From IMG/VR virus record IMGVR_UViG_2547132279_000002: 35,703 nucleotides of DNA; one strand, written 5' to 3'. Made by a program: the position numbers and the translations under genes. This document shows, one piece after another, positions 14,204-24,408 of the stretch. This stretch comes from a virus (Duplodnaviria; Heunggongvirae; Uroviricota; Caudoviricetes). The first letter of the stretch is position 1; every line of letters starts with the position of its first letter. Below the pieces are notes generated by a model. The model was not told the origin of the DNA. It searched no databases and saw only the letters and a list, made by a program, of their open reading frames with translations.

Positions 14204-14551
14204 TTATATGCGGATGCCAGCGCGTTCCGTTCGTTTCGGGTGCTTCCAGTTGATACCTTCAAGAAGCATAGATAACTGAGCCGGAGTAAGGTGCACCTTG
14301 CCGTCACGGGTAACCGGCCAGACGAAGCGGCCCCGCTCCAGGCGTTTGGTGAAGAGGCACAGTCCGTCACTGTCAGCCCACAACACTTTTATCTGGTCAC
14401 CCCGGCGTCCGCGGAAGATGAACAGATGCCCGGAGAACGGGTCATCCTTCAGGACGTTCTGAACTTTTGATGCCAGGCCGTTAAAACCATTTCGCATGTC
14501 GGTGATACCGGCAACCAGCCAGATACGCGAACCGGCAGGGAGAGATATCAT
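14204..14551 (-). CDS. IS66 Orf2 (TnpB accessory protein)
   Basis: 115-aa ORF MISLPAGSRIWLVAGITDMRNGFNGLASKVQNVLKDDPFSGHLFIFRGRRGDQIKVLWADSDGLCLF..., characteristic IS66 Orf2. Confidence 0.85.
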   Translation of the reverse strand: MISLPAGSRIWLVAGITDMRNGFNGLASKVQNVLKDDPFSGHLFIFRGRRGDQIKVLWADSDGLCLFTKRLERGRFVWPVTRDGKVHLTPAQLSMLLEGINWKHPKRTERAGIRI

Positions 14552-15201
14552 TAGTGGCTGCTCCCTTTCATTTCGCGGATAAGTGTCTGTAATAACGCCG
14601 GTGTCAGTTCACCTTTCAGCCTGAGAGTTCCGGCCGGCAGAACCAGCTCACAGCACAGACTGTCGGGCGGTGTATTTATCTGTTCAGGTATCTGCACTGG
14701 TGCCGGGATTTTATTATCCGGCTCCGGAGTTAACGTCACGGGAAGTAGCGATGTTTCATGTTCGCCGGTCGGCTGCAGGCCGCCGTTACGCCAGAGATGC
14801 CGCCAGTTAAAGAGCAGGTTATCGTTGATTCCGTTCTCACGAGCTATTTGTGCGACACAGGCACCGGGTAAAAGAGTTTGCTGAACAAGCCTCCATTTAA
14901 ACTCCGGTGAAAATCGGTTCCGGCGGATTTTCTCTGTTTTCACAGGCTGAGTCACTGTCGGGGCTGAAGGGTATCGCCCCGGGAACAGAGCCCGGGCCAG
15001 TTGCACGCAGGAATATTCTCCGGAAAGAGGCCAGTCAGTGAATACCTGGTGAAATCGCCTCACCAGAGAAAAAATGGCGGTTTTGCTGATACCGGTCTGC
15101 GCAGAAATGCGCGGGTACGACAGTGACTCGTCAAATCTCAGTTGTAGCACACGCAGGATCAATTCCGGATTGTCTGCCAGTACCGCTTTTCGTGCATTCA
15201 T
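14551..15201 (-). CDS. IS66 Orf1 (TnpA accessory protein)
   Basis: 216-aa ORF immediately upstream of and overlapping Orf2 (ATGA), typical IS66 organisation. Confidence 0.75.
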   Translation of the reverse strand: MNARKAVLADNPELILRVLQLRFDESLSYPRISAQTGISKTAIFSLVRRFHQVFTDWPLSGEYSCVQLARALFPGRYPSAPTVTQPVKTEKIRRNRFSPEFKWRLVQQTLLPGACVAQIARENGINDNLLFNWRHLWRNGGLQPTGEHETSLLPVTLTPEPDNKIPAPVQIPEQINTPPDSLCCELVLPAGTLRLKGELTPALLQTLIREMKGSSH

Positions 15202-15286
15202 CTTAAATGTCCCTTTACTGCGAAAATGGACATTAGTATCGGAAACAGGAAAGGGAGGCGAAAGACGGTTTAAATGAGACGGTTAC

Positions 15287-15396
15287 TTAGCATCCGCCCA
15301 TTCAACGGCGGTCTGTGGCTCCGGCCTGAACAGTGAGCGAAGCCCGGCGCGGACAAAATGCCGCAGCCTGTTAACCTGACTGTTCGATATATTCAC
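15287..15396 (-). pseudogene. A: terminase large subunit A, 5' fragment (first ~36 codons, GTG start overlapping Nu1 end)
   Basis: Reverse complement reads VNISNSQVNRLRHFVRAGLRSLFRPEPQTAVEWADA, then is interrupted at the IS66 end; matches lambda gpA N-terminus. Confidence 0.8.
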
Positions 15397-15916
15397 TCAG
15401 CAACCCCGATATCAGTTCATCCAGCGCGGCTGCTTTGTTCATGGCTTTGATGATATCCCGTTTCAGGAAATCAACATGTCGGTTTTCCAGTTCCGGAAAA
15501 CGCCGCTGCACCGACAGGGGGAGCCCGTCGAGAATACTGGCAATTTCACCTGCGATCCGCGACAACACGAAAGTACAGAATGCGGTTTCCACCACTTCAG
15601 CGGAGTCTCTGGCATTCTTCAGTTCCTGTGCGTCGGCCTGCGCACGCGTAAGTCGATGGCGTTCGTACTCAATAGTTCCTGGCTGGAGATCTGCCTCGCT
15701 GGCCTGCCGCAGTTCTTCAACCTCCCGGCGCAGCTTTTCGTTCTCAATTTCAGCATCCCTTTCGGCATACCATTTTATGACGGCGGCAGAGTCATAAAGC
15801 ACCTCATTACCCTTGCCACCGCCTCGCAGAACGGGCATTCCCTGTTCCTGCCAGTTCTGAATGGTACGGATACTCGCACCGAAAATGTCAGCCAGCTGCT
15901 TTTTGTTGACTTCCAT
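15371..15916 (-). CDS. Nu1: terminase small subunit Nu1
   Basis: 181-aa ORF MEVNKKQLADIFGASIRTIQNWQEQGMPVLRGGGKGNEVLYD..., matches lambda gpNu1. Confidence 0.95.
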   Translation of the reverse strand: MEVNKKQLADIFGASIRTIQNWQEQGMPVLRGGGKGNEVLYDSAAVIKWYAERDAEIENEKLRREVEELRQASEADLQPGTIEYERHRLTRAQADAQELKNARDSAEVVETAFCTFVLSRIAGEIASILDGLPLSVQRRFPELENRHVDFLKRDIIKAMNKAAALDELISGLLSEYIEQSG

Positions 15917-16140
15917 TGTTCATTCCACGGACAAAAACAGAGAAAGGAAACGACAGAGGCCAAAAAGCCCGTTTTCAGCACCTGTCGTTTCCTTTCTTTT
16001 CAGGGGGTATTTTAAATAAAAACATTAAGTTACGACGAAGAAGAACGGAAACACCTTAAACCGGAAAATTTTCATAAATAGCGAAAACCCGCGAGGTCGC
16101 CGCCCCGTAACCTGTCGGATCGCCGGAAAGGACCCGCAAA
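15917..16140 (-). other. cos region (cosB, cosN, cosQ side)
   Basis: Reverse complement of 16081..16110 reads ttacGGGGCGGCGACCTcgcgggttttcgc, i.e. the lambda 12-nt cohesive end GGGCGGCGACCT (cosN at 16094..16105) at the expected ~190 bp upstream of Nu1. Confidence 0.85.
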
Positions 16141-16304
16141 ATGATAATAATTATCATCTACATGTCACAACGTGCATCTACGCCATCAAACCACGTCAAA
16201 TAATCAATTATGACGCAGGTATCGTATTAATTGATCTGCATCAACTTAACGTAAAAACAACTTCAGACAATACAAATCAGCGACACTGAATACGGGGCAA
16301 CCTC

Positions 16305-16499
16305 ATGTCAACGAAGAACAAAACCCGCAGAACAACAACCCGCAACATCCGCTTTCCTAACCAAATGATTGAACAAATTAACATCGCTCTTGAGCAAAAA
16401 GGGTCTGGGAATTTCTCAGCCTGGGTCATTGAAGCCTGCCGTCGGAGACTAACGTCAGAAAAGAGAGCATATACATCAATCCAGAGTGATGATGGATGA
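16305..16499 (+). CDS. hypothetical small protein, possible ribbon-helix-helix DNA-binding fold
   Basis: 64-aa ORF; segment RNIRFPNQMIEQINIALEQKGSGNFSAWVIEACRRRL resembles a beta-strand plus two helices of RHH (CopG/Arc-like) proteins; lies in the cos-bor interval. Confidence 0.35.
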   Translation: MSTKNKTRRTTTRNIRFPNQMIEQINIALEQKGSGNFSAWVIEACRRRLTSEKRAYTSIQSDDG

Positions 16500-16861
16500 A
16501 CATCCCGGTTTCTTCCACCATCGCACCGGAAAAGCGACTATGAGGGTAACCCTGCGTCTGTCAGCACAGTAAAACCCGGTGTGCATCGTTTTTGATTATT
16601 CCCGCACACTCACGCAGAAGGAATTCCCCGTCGGGCTACGGTCATGGTTAATGCGGGAATACGGCGACGATACAGCGCAGCTAAAAGGGTAATAGACGGA
16701 TAGACCGGTTTATTTCATTCCACAGGATTCTGAGTGTCCCCAACTTCCTCCAATAGTCTGAGCGTACACCTATATAGTTTTAATTTTCATCAATCCATTT
16801 AACTATCGTTTAATTGTTGTCACATAGGATTCTGCCGTTTTTAACAATGCAGGATAATAAG

Positions 16862-17155
16862 ATGAAAAAAATGTTGTTTTCTGCCGCTCTGGCAATGCTT
16901 ATTACAGGATGTGCTCAACAGACGTTTACTGTTGGAAACAAACCGACAGCAGTAACACCAAAGGAAACCATCACCCATCACTTCTTCGTTTCGGGAATTG
17001 GACAGGAGAAAACTGTTGATGCAGCCAAAATTTGTGGCGGCGCAGAAAATGTTGTTAAAACAGAAACCCAGCAAACATTCGTAAATGGATTGCTCGGTTT
17101 TATTACTTTAGGCATTTATACTCCGCTGGAAGCGCGTGTGTATTGCTCACAATAA
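16862..17155 (+). CDS. bor: Bor lipoprotein (serum resistance, lysogenic conversion)
   Basis: MKKMLFSAALAMLITGCAQQTFTVGNKPTAVTPKETITHHFFVSGIGQEK..., matches lambda Bor; lipobox LITGC; start set at internal ATG 16862. Confidence 0.9.
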   Translation: MKKMLFSAALAMLITGCAQQTFTVGNKPTAVTPKETITHHFFVSGIGQEKTVDAAKICGGAENVVKTETQQTFVNGLLGFITLGIYTPLEARVYCSQ

Positions 17156-17166
17156 TTGCATGAGTT

Positions 17167-17182
17167 GCCCATCGATATGGGC
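17167..17182. terminator. palindromic hairpin between convergent bor and Rz
   Basis: Perfect palindrome gcccatcgatatgggc between the bor stop (17155) and Rz stop (17187). Confidence 0.4.
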
Positions 17183-17186
17183 AGCT

Positions 17187-17648
17187 CTATCTGCACTGCT
17201 CATTAATATACTTCTGGGTTCCTTCCAGTTGTTTTTGCATAGTGATCAGCCTCTCTCTGAGGGTGAAATAATCCCGTTCAGCGGTGTCTGCCAGTCGGGG
17301 GGAGGCTGCATTATCCACGCCGGAGGCGGTGGTGGCTTCACGCACTGACTGACAGACTGCTTTGATGTGCAACCGACGACGACCAGCGGCAACATCATCA
17401 CGCAGAGCATCATTTTCAGCTTTCGCATCAGCTAACTCCTTCGTGTATTTTGCATCGAGCGCAGCAACATCACGCTGACGCATCTGCATGTCAGTAATTG
17501 CCGCGTTCGCCAGCTTCAGTTCTCTGGCATTTTTGTCGCGCTGGGCTTTGTAGGTAATGGCGTTATCACGGTAATGATTAACAGCCCATGACAGGCCGAC
17601 GATGATGCAGATAACCAGAGCGGAGATAATCGCGGTTACTCTGTTCAT
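17187..17648 (-). CDS. Rz: spanin inner membrane subunit Rz
   Basis: ORF contains [51 protein letters not shown]..., matches lambda Rz; start ATG overlaps the endolysin stop. Confidence 0.9.
   Translation of the reverse strand: MNRVTAIISALVICIIVGLSWAVNHYRDNAITYKAQRDKNARELKLANAAITDMQMRQRDVAALDAKYTKELADAKAENDALRDDVAAGRRRLHIKAVCQSVREATTASGVDNAASPRLADTAERDYFTLRERLITMQKQLEGTQKYINEQCR
17246..17428 (-). CDS. Rz1: spanin outer membrane lipoprotein Rz1 (embedded in Rz, +1 frame)
   Basis: 60-aa [50 protein letters not shown]..., matches lambda Rz1; lipobox VVGC. Confidence 0.85.
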   Translation of the reverse strand: MRKLKMMLCVMMLPLVVVGCTSKQSVSQCVKPPPPPAWIMQPPPDWQTPLNGIISPSERG

Positions 17649-18142
17649 TGCTGACCCCACAAACAGATTTCACGCTCAATCTCACGACGAGTCATGAGAC
17701 CTTTCCATTGCTTACCGCCAGCATATGTCCAGCGACGTAGCTGATCACATGCGCCTTTGATATCGCCCTGGTTTATTTTGCGAAGAAGCGTCGATGTTCT
17801 GAAATTGCCAGCACCCACGTTGTAAACGAATGAGTAAAGAGCGCCGCGCGTTGTTTCCGGTATATCGACTTCGATGTACGGGTTAATTTGTCTGGCGACA
17901 GTGGCAAGGTCTTTATTCAAGAGTGCTTTGCATTCTGCTTTGGTATACGTTTTACCGAGCATGATGTCTTTTCCTGTATGCCCGTGACATACAGTCCATA
18001 CACCAACAATATCTTTGTATGGTATGTAGCTGACACCTTCCAGACCATCGTTACCACTTGGGCCAGTGATTAACACTGATGCTATAGCAATTGCTCCGCC
18101 ACCAATAGCAGCAGCAACGGCTTTTCGTAATGATGGAGGCAT
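17645..18142 (-). CDS. R: SAR endolysin (phage 21 R21-type lysozyme)
   Basis: 165-aa [47 protein letters not shown]..., with N-terminal Gly/Ala-rich signal-anchor-release segment and T4-lysozyme-like core; matches remembered phage 21 / DLP12 RrrD endolysin. Confidence 0.9.
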   Translation of the reverse strand: MPPSLRKAVAAAIGGGAIAIASVLITGPSGNDGLEGVSYIPYKDIVGVWTVCHGHTGKDIMLGKTYTKAECKALLNKDLATVARQINPYIEVDIPETTRGALYSFVYNVGAGNFRTSTLLRKINQGDIKGACDQLRRWTYAGGKQWKGLMTRREIEREICLWGQQ

Positions 18143-18357
18143 TATTCACCTCTCGCAGCCTTGCGCTTATCTTCTTTAATCTTGAAATAAAGGTTTGTCA
18201 GGTACGTCAGCAGGCCAAATACCAGGCTACCCAGCACACCTATTGCTGCCCACTGTGAGGGCGTGACTTTATCGAGCAGCTGTAAAAACCAGTAACCGGC
18301 ACTACCTGCTGAGGTGCCATAGGCGACACCCGTTGTTAACTTATCCATGGATTTCAT
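18142..18357 (-). CDS. S: pinholin (phage 21 S21-type)
   Basis: 71-aa [74 protein letters not shown], matches S21 / DLP12 EssD. Confidence 0.9.
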
Positions 18358-18465
18358 AACCCCACCTCGCAGACAAAGCGGGTGTAAATTGAGGGAATAC
18401 TACGAAACGTAACAGACTCGGAGTCAGTGAATAACTCAGGTATTGGGTTATCAGCTAATATCGAG

Positions 18466-18499
18466 ACTCAAAAAATGGAAAAACCCGCTCGACGGCGGG
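18466..18499 (-). terminator. rho-independent terminator upstream of S (candidate late-operon tR'-like terminator)
   Basis: Minus strand: stem cccgc / gcggg with 6-nt loop followed by TTTTTCCATTTTTT; about 120 nt upstream of the S start. Confidence 0.5.
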
Positions 18500-18929
18500 T
18501 TTAAGCTGTGTGACGAAGTAACCACTCTTAACAGCATAACCAATTTTTTACGTACGTAAACCACTAAATGATATTTGCGAGAATGCTACCGAGTATTGAA
18601 AACACCACTACAAATACATAAGCAAATCTCAACAAATAACCAACAAATAATTTCCAGTGTTATTTTTAGCCGATTTAAATTGAACCTTCAAATCATAGAG
18701 CACTTATAAATAACAACCGTTAATATAAATTGGCTAATAGATTTATTTTTATTCAGCCAAGAGCCATGAATAGGATTCGATAGAAAAAAGTTCAGATAAA
18801 AATAGAGATCTACTTCACAAATCAAACGAGAAACCAAAACTTACATCTTGAAATAATCATATTGATTAGATGAATATTTATCGCGCAGTGACATCATTTT
18901 TTAATAATAGTTCAAAAAAAGGGCTCACG

Positions 18930-20027
18930 ATGAAAAAATTAACAGTGGCAATTTCTGCTGTAGCTGCATCAGTACTGATGGCGATGTCTGCTCAGGCAGC
19001 TGAAATTTATAATAAAGACAGTAACAAGCTGGATCTGTACGGGAAAGTTAATGCTAAGCACTACTTCTCCTCTAATGATGCAGATGATGGTGATACTACT
19101 TATGCCCGTCTTGGCTTCAAAGGTGAAACCCAAATCAACGATCAACTGACTGGTTTCGGTCAGTGGGAATATGAATTCAAAGGCAACCGCGCTGAATCTC
19201 AAGGTTCCTCCAAAGATAAAACCCGTCTTGCCTTCGCTGGCCTGAAATTCGGTGACTACGGCTCCATCGATTACGGCCGTAACTACGGTGTAGCATACGA
19301 CATCGGTGCGTGGACTGACGTTCTGCCAGAATTCGGTGGCGATACCTGGACCCAAACAGATGTGTTCATGACTGGTCGCACCACTGGTGTTGCAACCTAT
19401 CGTAACAACGACTTCTTTGGCCTGGTTGATGGTCTGAACTTTGCTGCTCAGTACCAAGGCAAAAACGATCGTAGCGATTTCGATAACTACACCGAAGGTA
19501 ACGGTGATGGCTTCGGTTTCTCTGCTACCTATGAATACGAAGGATTCGGTATCGGTGCAACTTATGCGAAATCTGATCGTACCGACACTCAAGTTAATGC
19601 AGGGAAAGTTCTTCCTGAAGTATTTGCTTCCGGTAAAAATGCAGAAGTTTGGGCCGCAGGTCTGAAATATGACGCTAACAACATTTACCTGGCCACTACC
19701 TATTCTGAAACCCAGAATATGACTGTATTTGCTGATCACTTCGTTGCTAATAAAGCTCAAAACTTCGAAGCTGTTGCACAATATCAGTTCGATTTCGGTC
19801 TGCGTCCGTCCGTTGCTTACCTGCAATCTAAAGGTAAGGATCTTGGAGTATGGGGCGATCAGGACTTAGTCAAATATGTTGATGTAGGTGCCACCTATTA
19901 CTTCAACAAAAATATGTCAACTTTCGTTGATTACAAAATCAACCTGCTTGACAAAAATGACTTCACTAAAGCACTCGGTGTAAGCACTGATGACATCGTT
20001 GCTGTAGGTCTGGTTTACCAGTTCTAA
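18930..20027 (+). CDS. outer membrane porin (OmpC/NmpC/Lc family), prophage moron
   Basis: [47 protein letters not shown]...; signal peptide, general porin motifs and C-terminal aromatic residue (ends YQF); located between Q and S in opposite orientation like nmpC in DLP12. Confidence 0.9.
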   Translation: MKKLTVAISAVAASVLMAMSAQAAEIYNKDSNKLDLYGKVNAKHYFSSNDADDGDTTYARLGFKGETQINDQLTGFGQWEYEFKGNRAESQGSSKDKTRLAFAGLKFGDYGSIDYGRNYGVAYDIGAWTDVLPEFGGDTWTQTDVFMTGRTTGVATYRNNDFFGLVDGLNFAAQYQGKNDRSDFDNYTEGNGDGFGFSATYEYEGFGIGATYAKSDRTDTQVNAGKVLPEVFASGKNAEVWAAGLKYDANNIYLATTYSETQNMTVFADHFVANKAQNFEAVAQYQFDFGLRPSVAYLQSKGKDLGVWGDQDLVKYVDVGATYYFNKNMSTFVDYKINLLDKNDFTKALGVSTDDIVAVGLVYQF

Positions 20028-20164
20028 TCTGATTACGAAAAAGATATGTTGCGGGAGGCTTTGCCTCCCCAACATATAAGTGGCTCCCTCAAGCCACTTC
20101 CTTTAGGAGCACAACCTTGCTTCTAACTATATAAACCTTCTGTTATATATTACCCTTTATTTTT

Positions 20165-20190
20165 GGGGGCGTCTCAACGCCCCATTTTTA
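20165..20190 (+). terminator. rho-independent terminator downstream of porin gene
   Basis: Stem ggggcg / cgcccc with 6-nt loop followed by ATTTTTAATAATTTTT. Confidence 0.55.
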
Positions 20191-20216
20191 ATAATTTTTA
20201 GTAAACAATTGGCATA

Positions 20217-20600
20217 TTAATTAGAGTTATTAACAACGATATCCATCTCTAACCGGATATCTAATGCCATTAACATCCCTTCAATTATGCCCTCAGCCTT
20301 CTGTAACCTTTTCCCGATATAACCATCAGAGCAGCAATGCTTACCTGCCAGTGACATGAATGTCATACCGACTACATAATAATCTACTAATAAATCGTGC
20401 AAATCGCTGTTGTTCTTTTTCAGACGGGCCATGCACCCGCAAATAATCATCGCGTCATCGTCACAACATTGCGGGCGAGATTTTACTTTTGAAGTAATTA
20501 ATCCCTTAAAACCGGCGGCAATGGACGACCAGGTCACATCTTCATGATTATTAGCCGCCCACGCTCCCCAACGCTCAAGAACCATCTGAATATCACGCAT
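20217..20600 (-). CDS. Q: late gene antiterminator Q (DLP12 QuuD-like)
   Basis: ORF contains [35 protein letters not shown]...[20 protein letters not shown]..., matching remembered QuuD; start set at the internal Met. Confidence 0.8.
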   Translation of the reverse strand: MRDIQMVLERWGAWAANNHEDVTWSSIAAGFKGLITSKVKSRPQCCDDDAMIICGCMARLKKNNSDLHDLLVDYYVVGMTFMSLAGKHCCSDGYIGKRLQKAEGIIEGMLMALDIRLEMDIVVNNSN

Positions 20601-20685
20601 CAACTTACTCCACAAAAATCAGACCAGAACGCCAATTACAAGCAAAAATCAACAAAACAGTATTAGTTGATTGTTATCTCTGACT

Positions 20686-20823
20686 TCATACTCCTGCTCC
20701 TGTCAGTGTTTTGGCGTAATTCTTCAGTATTCGGTAATCGGTCAAAACAGAACCGGGGAAACGATATAAGCGCAGGCGCACCCAGCGGCGGCGAAGACGC
20801 TCTGCCATATAAGACTCAAACAT
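20686..20823 (-). CDS. ylcG: small protein YlcG-like
   Basis: 45-codon [48 protein letters not shown] whose ATG overlaps the rusA stop; resembles DLP12 YlcG. Below the ORF-track length cut-off, found by hand translation. Confidence 0.5.
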   Translation of the reverse strand: MFESYMAERLRRRWVRLRLYRFPGSVLTDYRILKNYAKTLTGAGV

Positions 20824-21185
20824 CATTCATCTCCCAGTTCGGTGATGGTCAGTTCCAGCCTCCCACCTTTGGTAACAGGCATCTTCACAACGCGGTAATC
20901 AACGACCTGAGCATCATCCAGCCAGAAACCTGCTTTAGTGAGTGCGTCAAAAGCGGCTTTTTGCAGATTATCCAGGTCACGGCGACGGCGATCCGGCATG
21001 TGGCACTCAATGCGGATTTTCACAGGCATAGCCAGGCCGATATCCAGCATTGCGTTTTTAATGATTCGGGCGACGTTATCGCGGTATGCCTGCCCTTCTG
21101 CGCTGATGTGCGTGCGCCCGCGATTATGCCGGTAGTAGCGGTTATTGCTCGGAGGCCAGGGTAATGTGATGCTGTAGGTATTCAC
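20823..21185 (-). CDS. rusA: Holliday junction resolvase RusA
   Basis: 120-aa [50 protein letters not shown]...[34 protein letters not shown], matches RusA. Confidence 0.9.
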   Translation of the reverse strand: MNTYSITLPWPPSNNRYYRHNRGRTHISAEGQAYRDNVARIIKNAMLDIGLAMPVKIRIECHMPDRRRRDLDNLQKAAFDALTKAGFWLDDAQVVDYRVVKMPVTKGGRLELTITELGDE

Positions 21186-21472
21186 GCCTTAATAACCCCC
21201 TCTTTCAGCCAGATAACCTGTGTTCTCGCCATACCTTCCAGCGCGCATTCTTTTGCATATGCAGCATCGACAAAATGTGTGCGGCGGTCGATTTCGTCGT
21301 GGCAGGCAGAACATGCAATGGTGGCAATCAGGTCTGGCGGTTTGATACCGGTACCGCACAATCCAGCCAGCCGGATATGTGCCAGTACAGACGTTTCAGG
21401 GTTGCCATTACATACGCCAGGGATTCTTACCTGGCATTCCCGACCACGCGCTGCTTTTCTCAAATCAGCCAT
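21182..21472 (-). CDS. YbcO-like protein (DUF1364 family)
   Basis: ORF contains [64 protein letters not shown]..., cysteine/histidine-rich, as DLP12 YbcO; start set at the internal Met. Confidence 0.7.
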   Translation of the reverse strand: MADLRKAARGRECQVRIPGVCNGNPETSVLAHIRLAGLCGTGIKPPDLIATIACSACHDEIDRRTHFVDAAYAKECALEGMARTQVIWLKEGVIKA

Positions 21473-21635
21473 GACTCCTCCTTGCTGCCAGTCGCAACCA
21501 TTTTTTATCAACCAAGCTGGCGGTATATCCGAGCAGTGTTGGTATTTCGGAAGGCTTCAGCTCAGGTTTACGCTTACGACGATTTGGTACTCTGTAAATG
21601 TGCCCGTTCATGACACGAATAAGCGGTGTAGCCAT
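21465..21635 (-). CDS. ninE: NinE-like small protein
   Basis: Hand-translated 56-aa [59 protein letters not shown], basic, in the ninE position between ninB and ybcO; start overlaps the ninB stop. Confidence 0.5.
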   Translation of the reverse strand: MATPLIRVMNGHIYRVPNRRKRKPELKPSEIPTLLGYTASLVDKKWLRLAARRSHG

Positions 21636-22090
21636 TACTCCTCCTGCTTGTCGCGCAGCAGCTGGAACTCGCAGCTCTGCGGAATAGTCAGGTGGCAGCC
21701 AATATTCATCGCCCAGGCTTCAACCTTACACAGGAAGACATACATCTCTCCGGTATCAAGATCGGAGGTATGGCGTAACGACTGGATAGTAGTGATTTCG
21801 CCGGTTACGACATCAACCAAGTCCTTGGTTTCATAACCGAGGTATGTGTGTTTGAGTGCATCTTTTACCCATACTGCAGTAGCGAACGTTTTCCCCCTGC
21901 TGATGAGGTACTCGCTGATTTCGCTGTACCACATGTGGCTGAGTGCATTCTGGGAAAGACTGCGTCTCTCGCGCCACGGTTTAAGCACCATGCGAAAGCA
22001 TTTTCCGTCCTCCAGATAAGGCTGGATCTGCTGACCGATAGTGGTGAAGTTACCGCGATGTAATTTGATGCCGTCTTGTGGGAGGTTCAC
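21635..22090 (-). CDS. ninB: NinB / YbcN-like recombination protein
   Basis: 151-aa ORF; segment [24 protein letters not shown] resembles the lambda NinB motif RNRSLDQNRKLWACLGDVSRQV; position matches the nin region. Confidence 0.7.
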   Translation of the reverse strand: MNLPQDGIKLHRGNFTTIGQQIQPYLEDGKCFRMVLKPWRERRSLSQNALSHMWYSEISEYLISRGKTFATAVWVKDALKHTYLGYETKDLVDVVTGEITTIQSLRHTSDLDTGEMYVFLCKVEAWAMNIGCHLTIPQSCEFQLLRDKQEE

Positions 22091-22612
22091 GCTTCACCTC
22101 CGCAGAGGTCAAACGTTGGATGCAAAGAATCGCAGGTGCATTTCTGCATCTGTGAAGGGAGAAGAGAGTTTAGATTGTATGTGCGCATAAACGTCCCCGT
22201 TTAGCGCAGAAGTCACCGGAGGTGTTCAGGCTCCGATGCGATAATTATGACGATCTGATTTTGGAAAATCAAATTTAAGTAACCGCCAACCTATAATTTT
22301 CAATCAAGATTTCATTTATTAGCTCACTCATATAAAAATACATTACAACGTTTTTATCTCTTAATTTATGAAGGCAACCTCGAAAAACAAATCACCCAAA
22401 CACTTTAAAACAATTAAACCCGTTTAAAATTACAATTACATTTAGAAAGCAAACTTTCAAAAGATGTGATGATACAATTGCATAAAACAAATACTTGGGG
22501 TAAAATATAAAAATAACACTCCCAGCTTAACGCTAGGTGGCGGTAGCGTGTATTTTTCAAATACGCCTATCACCCCATTATGTTTTTTCATATTTAAGAG
22601 ATTGGTTATATA

Positions 22613-24399
22613 ATGGAACTAATATACACTTATATCCACAATTATAAAGGTTTAAATAAGCTGTCCCTCCCCACCTCAAGTAAATTTACCTTTAGCCATA
22701 AAGGTAACGTCCTTACAATTGCTAAGAAAGATTTAAGTCGTGACTATTATAGCAATATTCCCTGTACATTAATTTTAGGGAAAAATGGTGTTGGAAAGTC
22801 ATCAATTTTAGATTTCATTAGTAGCTTTATTTACGATTTTGAAGGTAGCGGTTATAGCATCTGGAATGAAAATGATAAACTTATAATTATCACAAGCAAT
22901 TGCAAACCTCCTGTAATATTATCCAAAATGCAAACGGAACTAATTGATAATAATGAACATTTTTTTAGAAGAAACAAAATCAATCTAATAAAGATAAATA
23001 ACACAATCGACCTCAAAAGTATGTTAGTTGGACAAAAAAGAAAAAAAACGATTCGATTTCTAAAGATTTATCACTGTCATATTTTTTGCAAGGCAGTAAA
23101 ACACGCAATAAGAAATTACTCAAGCAATTAATTTCATTTTCAGACCACAGTTCATGGGCTAAAGACAATTTATCAAGACTTAATACTAAATTTCAATTTG
23201 AAATAGAAAACTCACCAGTATATAAAATAAATTCTATTATAAAAAACAATGATATTGGTGACAAAGGACTTTTTGGAGCTATTGAATACTTTTTTGATAC
23301 GTTGAATGATAGAATTAAAAACAATAAACTCCCTAGATATATTGAACGTGATTTAGATTCTTTAGGTATTTCACTTGTGGATATACTCAATCATGGGATA
23401 GATTACGATGAAGATTTTATTATTAGCATTATTTTTAACAAAGAAAGATCATTAAATTTCCTCGCAACCTTTTCATATCACAAAATAATTTACTTGATGC
23501 TTTTGCCTGCAATAACATGGCATTTACTCAAGACATCAAAAATCCCTAAAGACATATGTGAGACTGTTTATTTATTTTGCTTGTGTCGCGCGTATCTTGA
23601 AGAAAAAGATCCAGCAAAAACTATATTAGAGACTTTAGATGAATTTAACGTTAATGTTAAATTTCAGTCAAAAATAGAAATGTTATCTGAACATATCTCC
23701 GACATTATAGGTAATATAGCTGATATATTAGAAAACACAGCAAGAGACCCAGTTGATAGTTTATCTTTCACAGTTGAAGAACCAAAGCAGATTATGGAGT
23801 TAATAAGATTAGTTGATAGGTTACCAAATGGCGTATCATCGCGATTTAAGTATGGTTGGGATTCACTTAGTTCAGGAGAGTTTGCAAAATTAAACCTTTT
23901 CAATCAACTTTATGATTCTATAGAACATAGCAACAGCAAAAATATTATAATATTATTAGATGAGTGTGATTTATATCTACACCCTGAATGGCAACGAGTT
24001 ATTTTTTCAGAAATTATAGATTTAACATTAAGATATAAACAAAGTAAAAATATTCAATTAGTATTTACAACTCACTCCCCTATACTCGCAAGTGATTTTT
24101 TGCCATCAGATATAATATATCTTGAAAGAGATCATAATCAAGGAACCTATACTAAGAAAGTAGAGTTTGGTTTCGGAGCAACCATATCAGAATTATATAT
24201 AAATGGTTTTTTTATTGATGCTACAATAGGACAGCACGCACATAATTATCTAAACTCAATAATAAAAAACTCAGATGACGGTAATTTAAATAAACATCAA
24301 AAAACCATACTATCACAAATTAAAAATAAACTTCTCATAAATCTTATTGATCTGAAGTTAAACAAAAACAATGATAAAACAGATTCTTTTGAGAAATGA
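22613..24399 (+). CDS. ABC-type (AAA15/AAA21-like) ATPase, reading frame broken at a poly-A run (~23034..23049); PtuA-like
   Basis: Two overlapping ORFs (22613..23131 and 23086..24399) in different frames. Walker A LILGKNGVGKSS in the first; signature-like LSSGEFAKLN, Walker B IIILLDECDLYLHPEW and H-loop FTTHSP in the second. The second frame is open from 23002; the switch falls in aaaaaagaaaaaaaa. Confidence 0.65.
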
Positions 24400-24408
24400 G
24401 TAAAAAAA

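Larger units (their letters stand above)
12583..15286 (-). mobile_element. IS66-family insertion sequence (about 2.7 kb) inside terminase gene A
   Basis: Three co-oriented ORFs typical of IS66 (accessory TnpA, TnpB, large transposase); imperfect terminal inverted repeats beginning GTAAGCG.../GTAACCG...; flanked by direct 8-bp repeat TTAGCATC at 12575..12582 and 15287..15294. Confidence 0.85.

Noticed and set aside
12722-14279. Plus-strand and nested ORFs inside the IS66 transposase (12735..13106, 13122..13592, 13518..14033, 13634..13933, 14082..14279)
   Set aside because: Antisense or out-of-frame overlaps of the transposase gene in GC-rich sequence.
15435-16015. ORFs 15435..15797 (+), 15476..16015 (+), 15775..15981 (-) over Nu1 and cosB
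   Set aside because: Overlap Nu1 antisense or lie across the cos site; the region is accounted for by Nu1 and cos.
18969-19826. 285-aa minus-strand ORF inside the porin gene
   Set aside because: Antisense shadow of the porin coding sequence; the porin has a signal peptide and porin-like composition, the antisense ORF does not.
20028-20100. Hairpin gggaggc-ttt-gcctccc just after the porin stop
   Set aside because: Stable stem but no U-tract on either strand; the better terminator is the hairpin at 20165..20190, so this one is not called.
20667-21164. 165-aa plus-strand ORF and 20938..21135 ORF across ylcG/rusA
   Set aside because: Antisense to rusA and ylcG, which are co-oriented with the rest of the nin-Q operon.
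21275-22063. Plus-strand ORFs over ybcO/ninE/ninB (21275..21613, 21279..21836, 21848..22063)
   Set aside because: Antisense overlaps of the nin genes.
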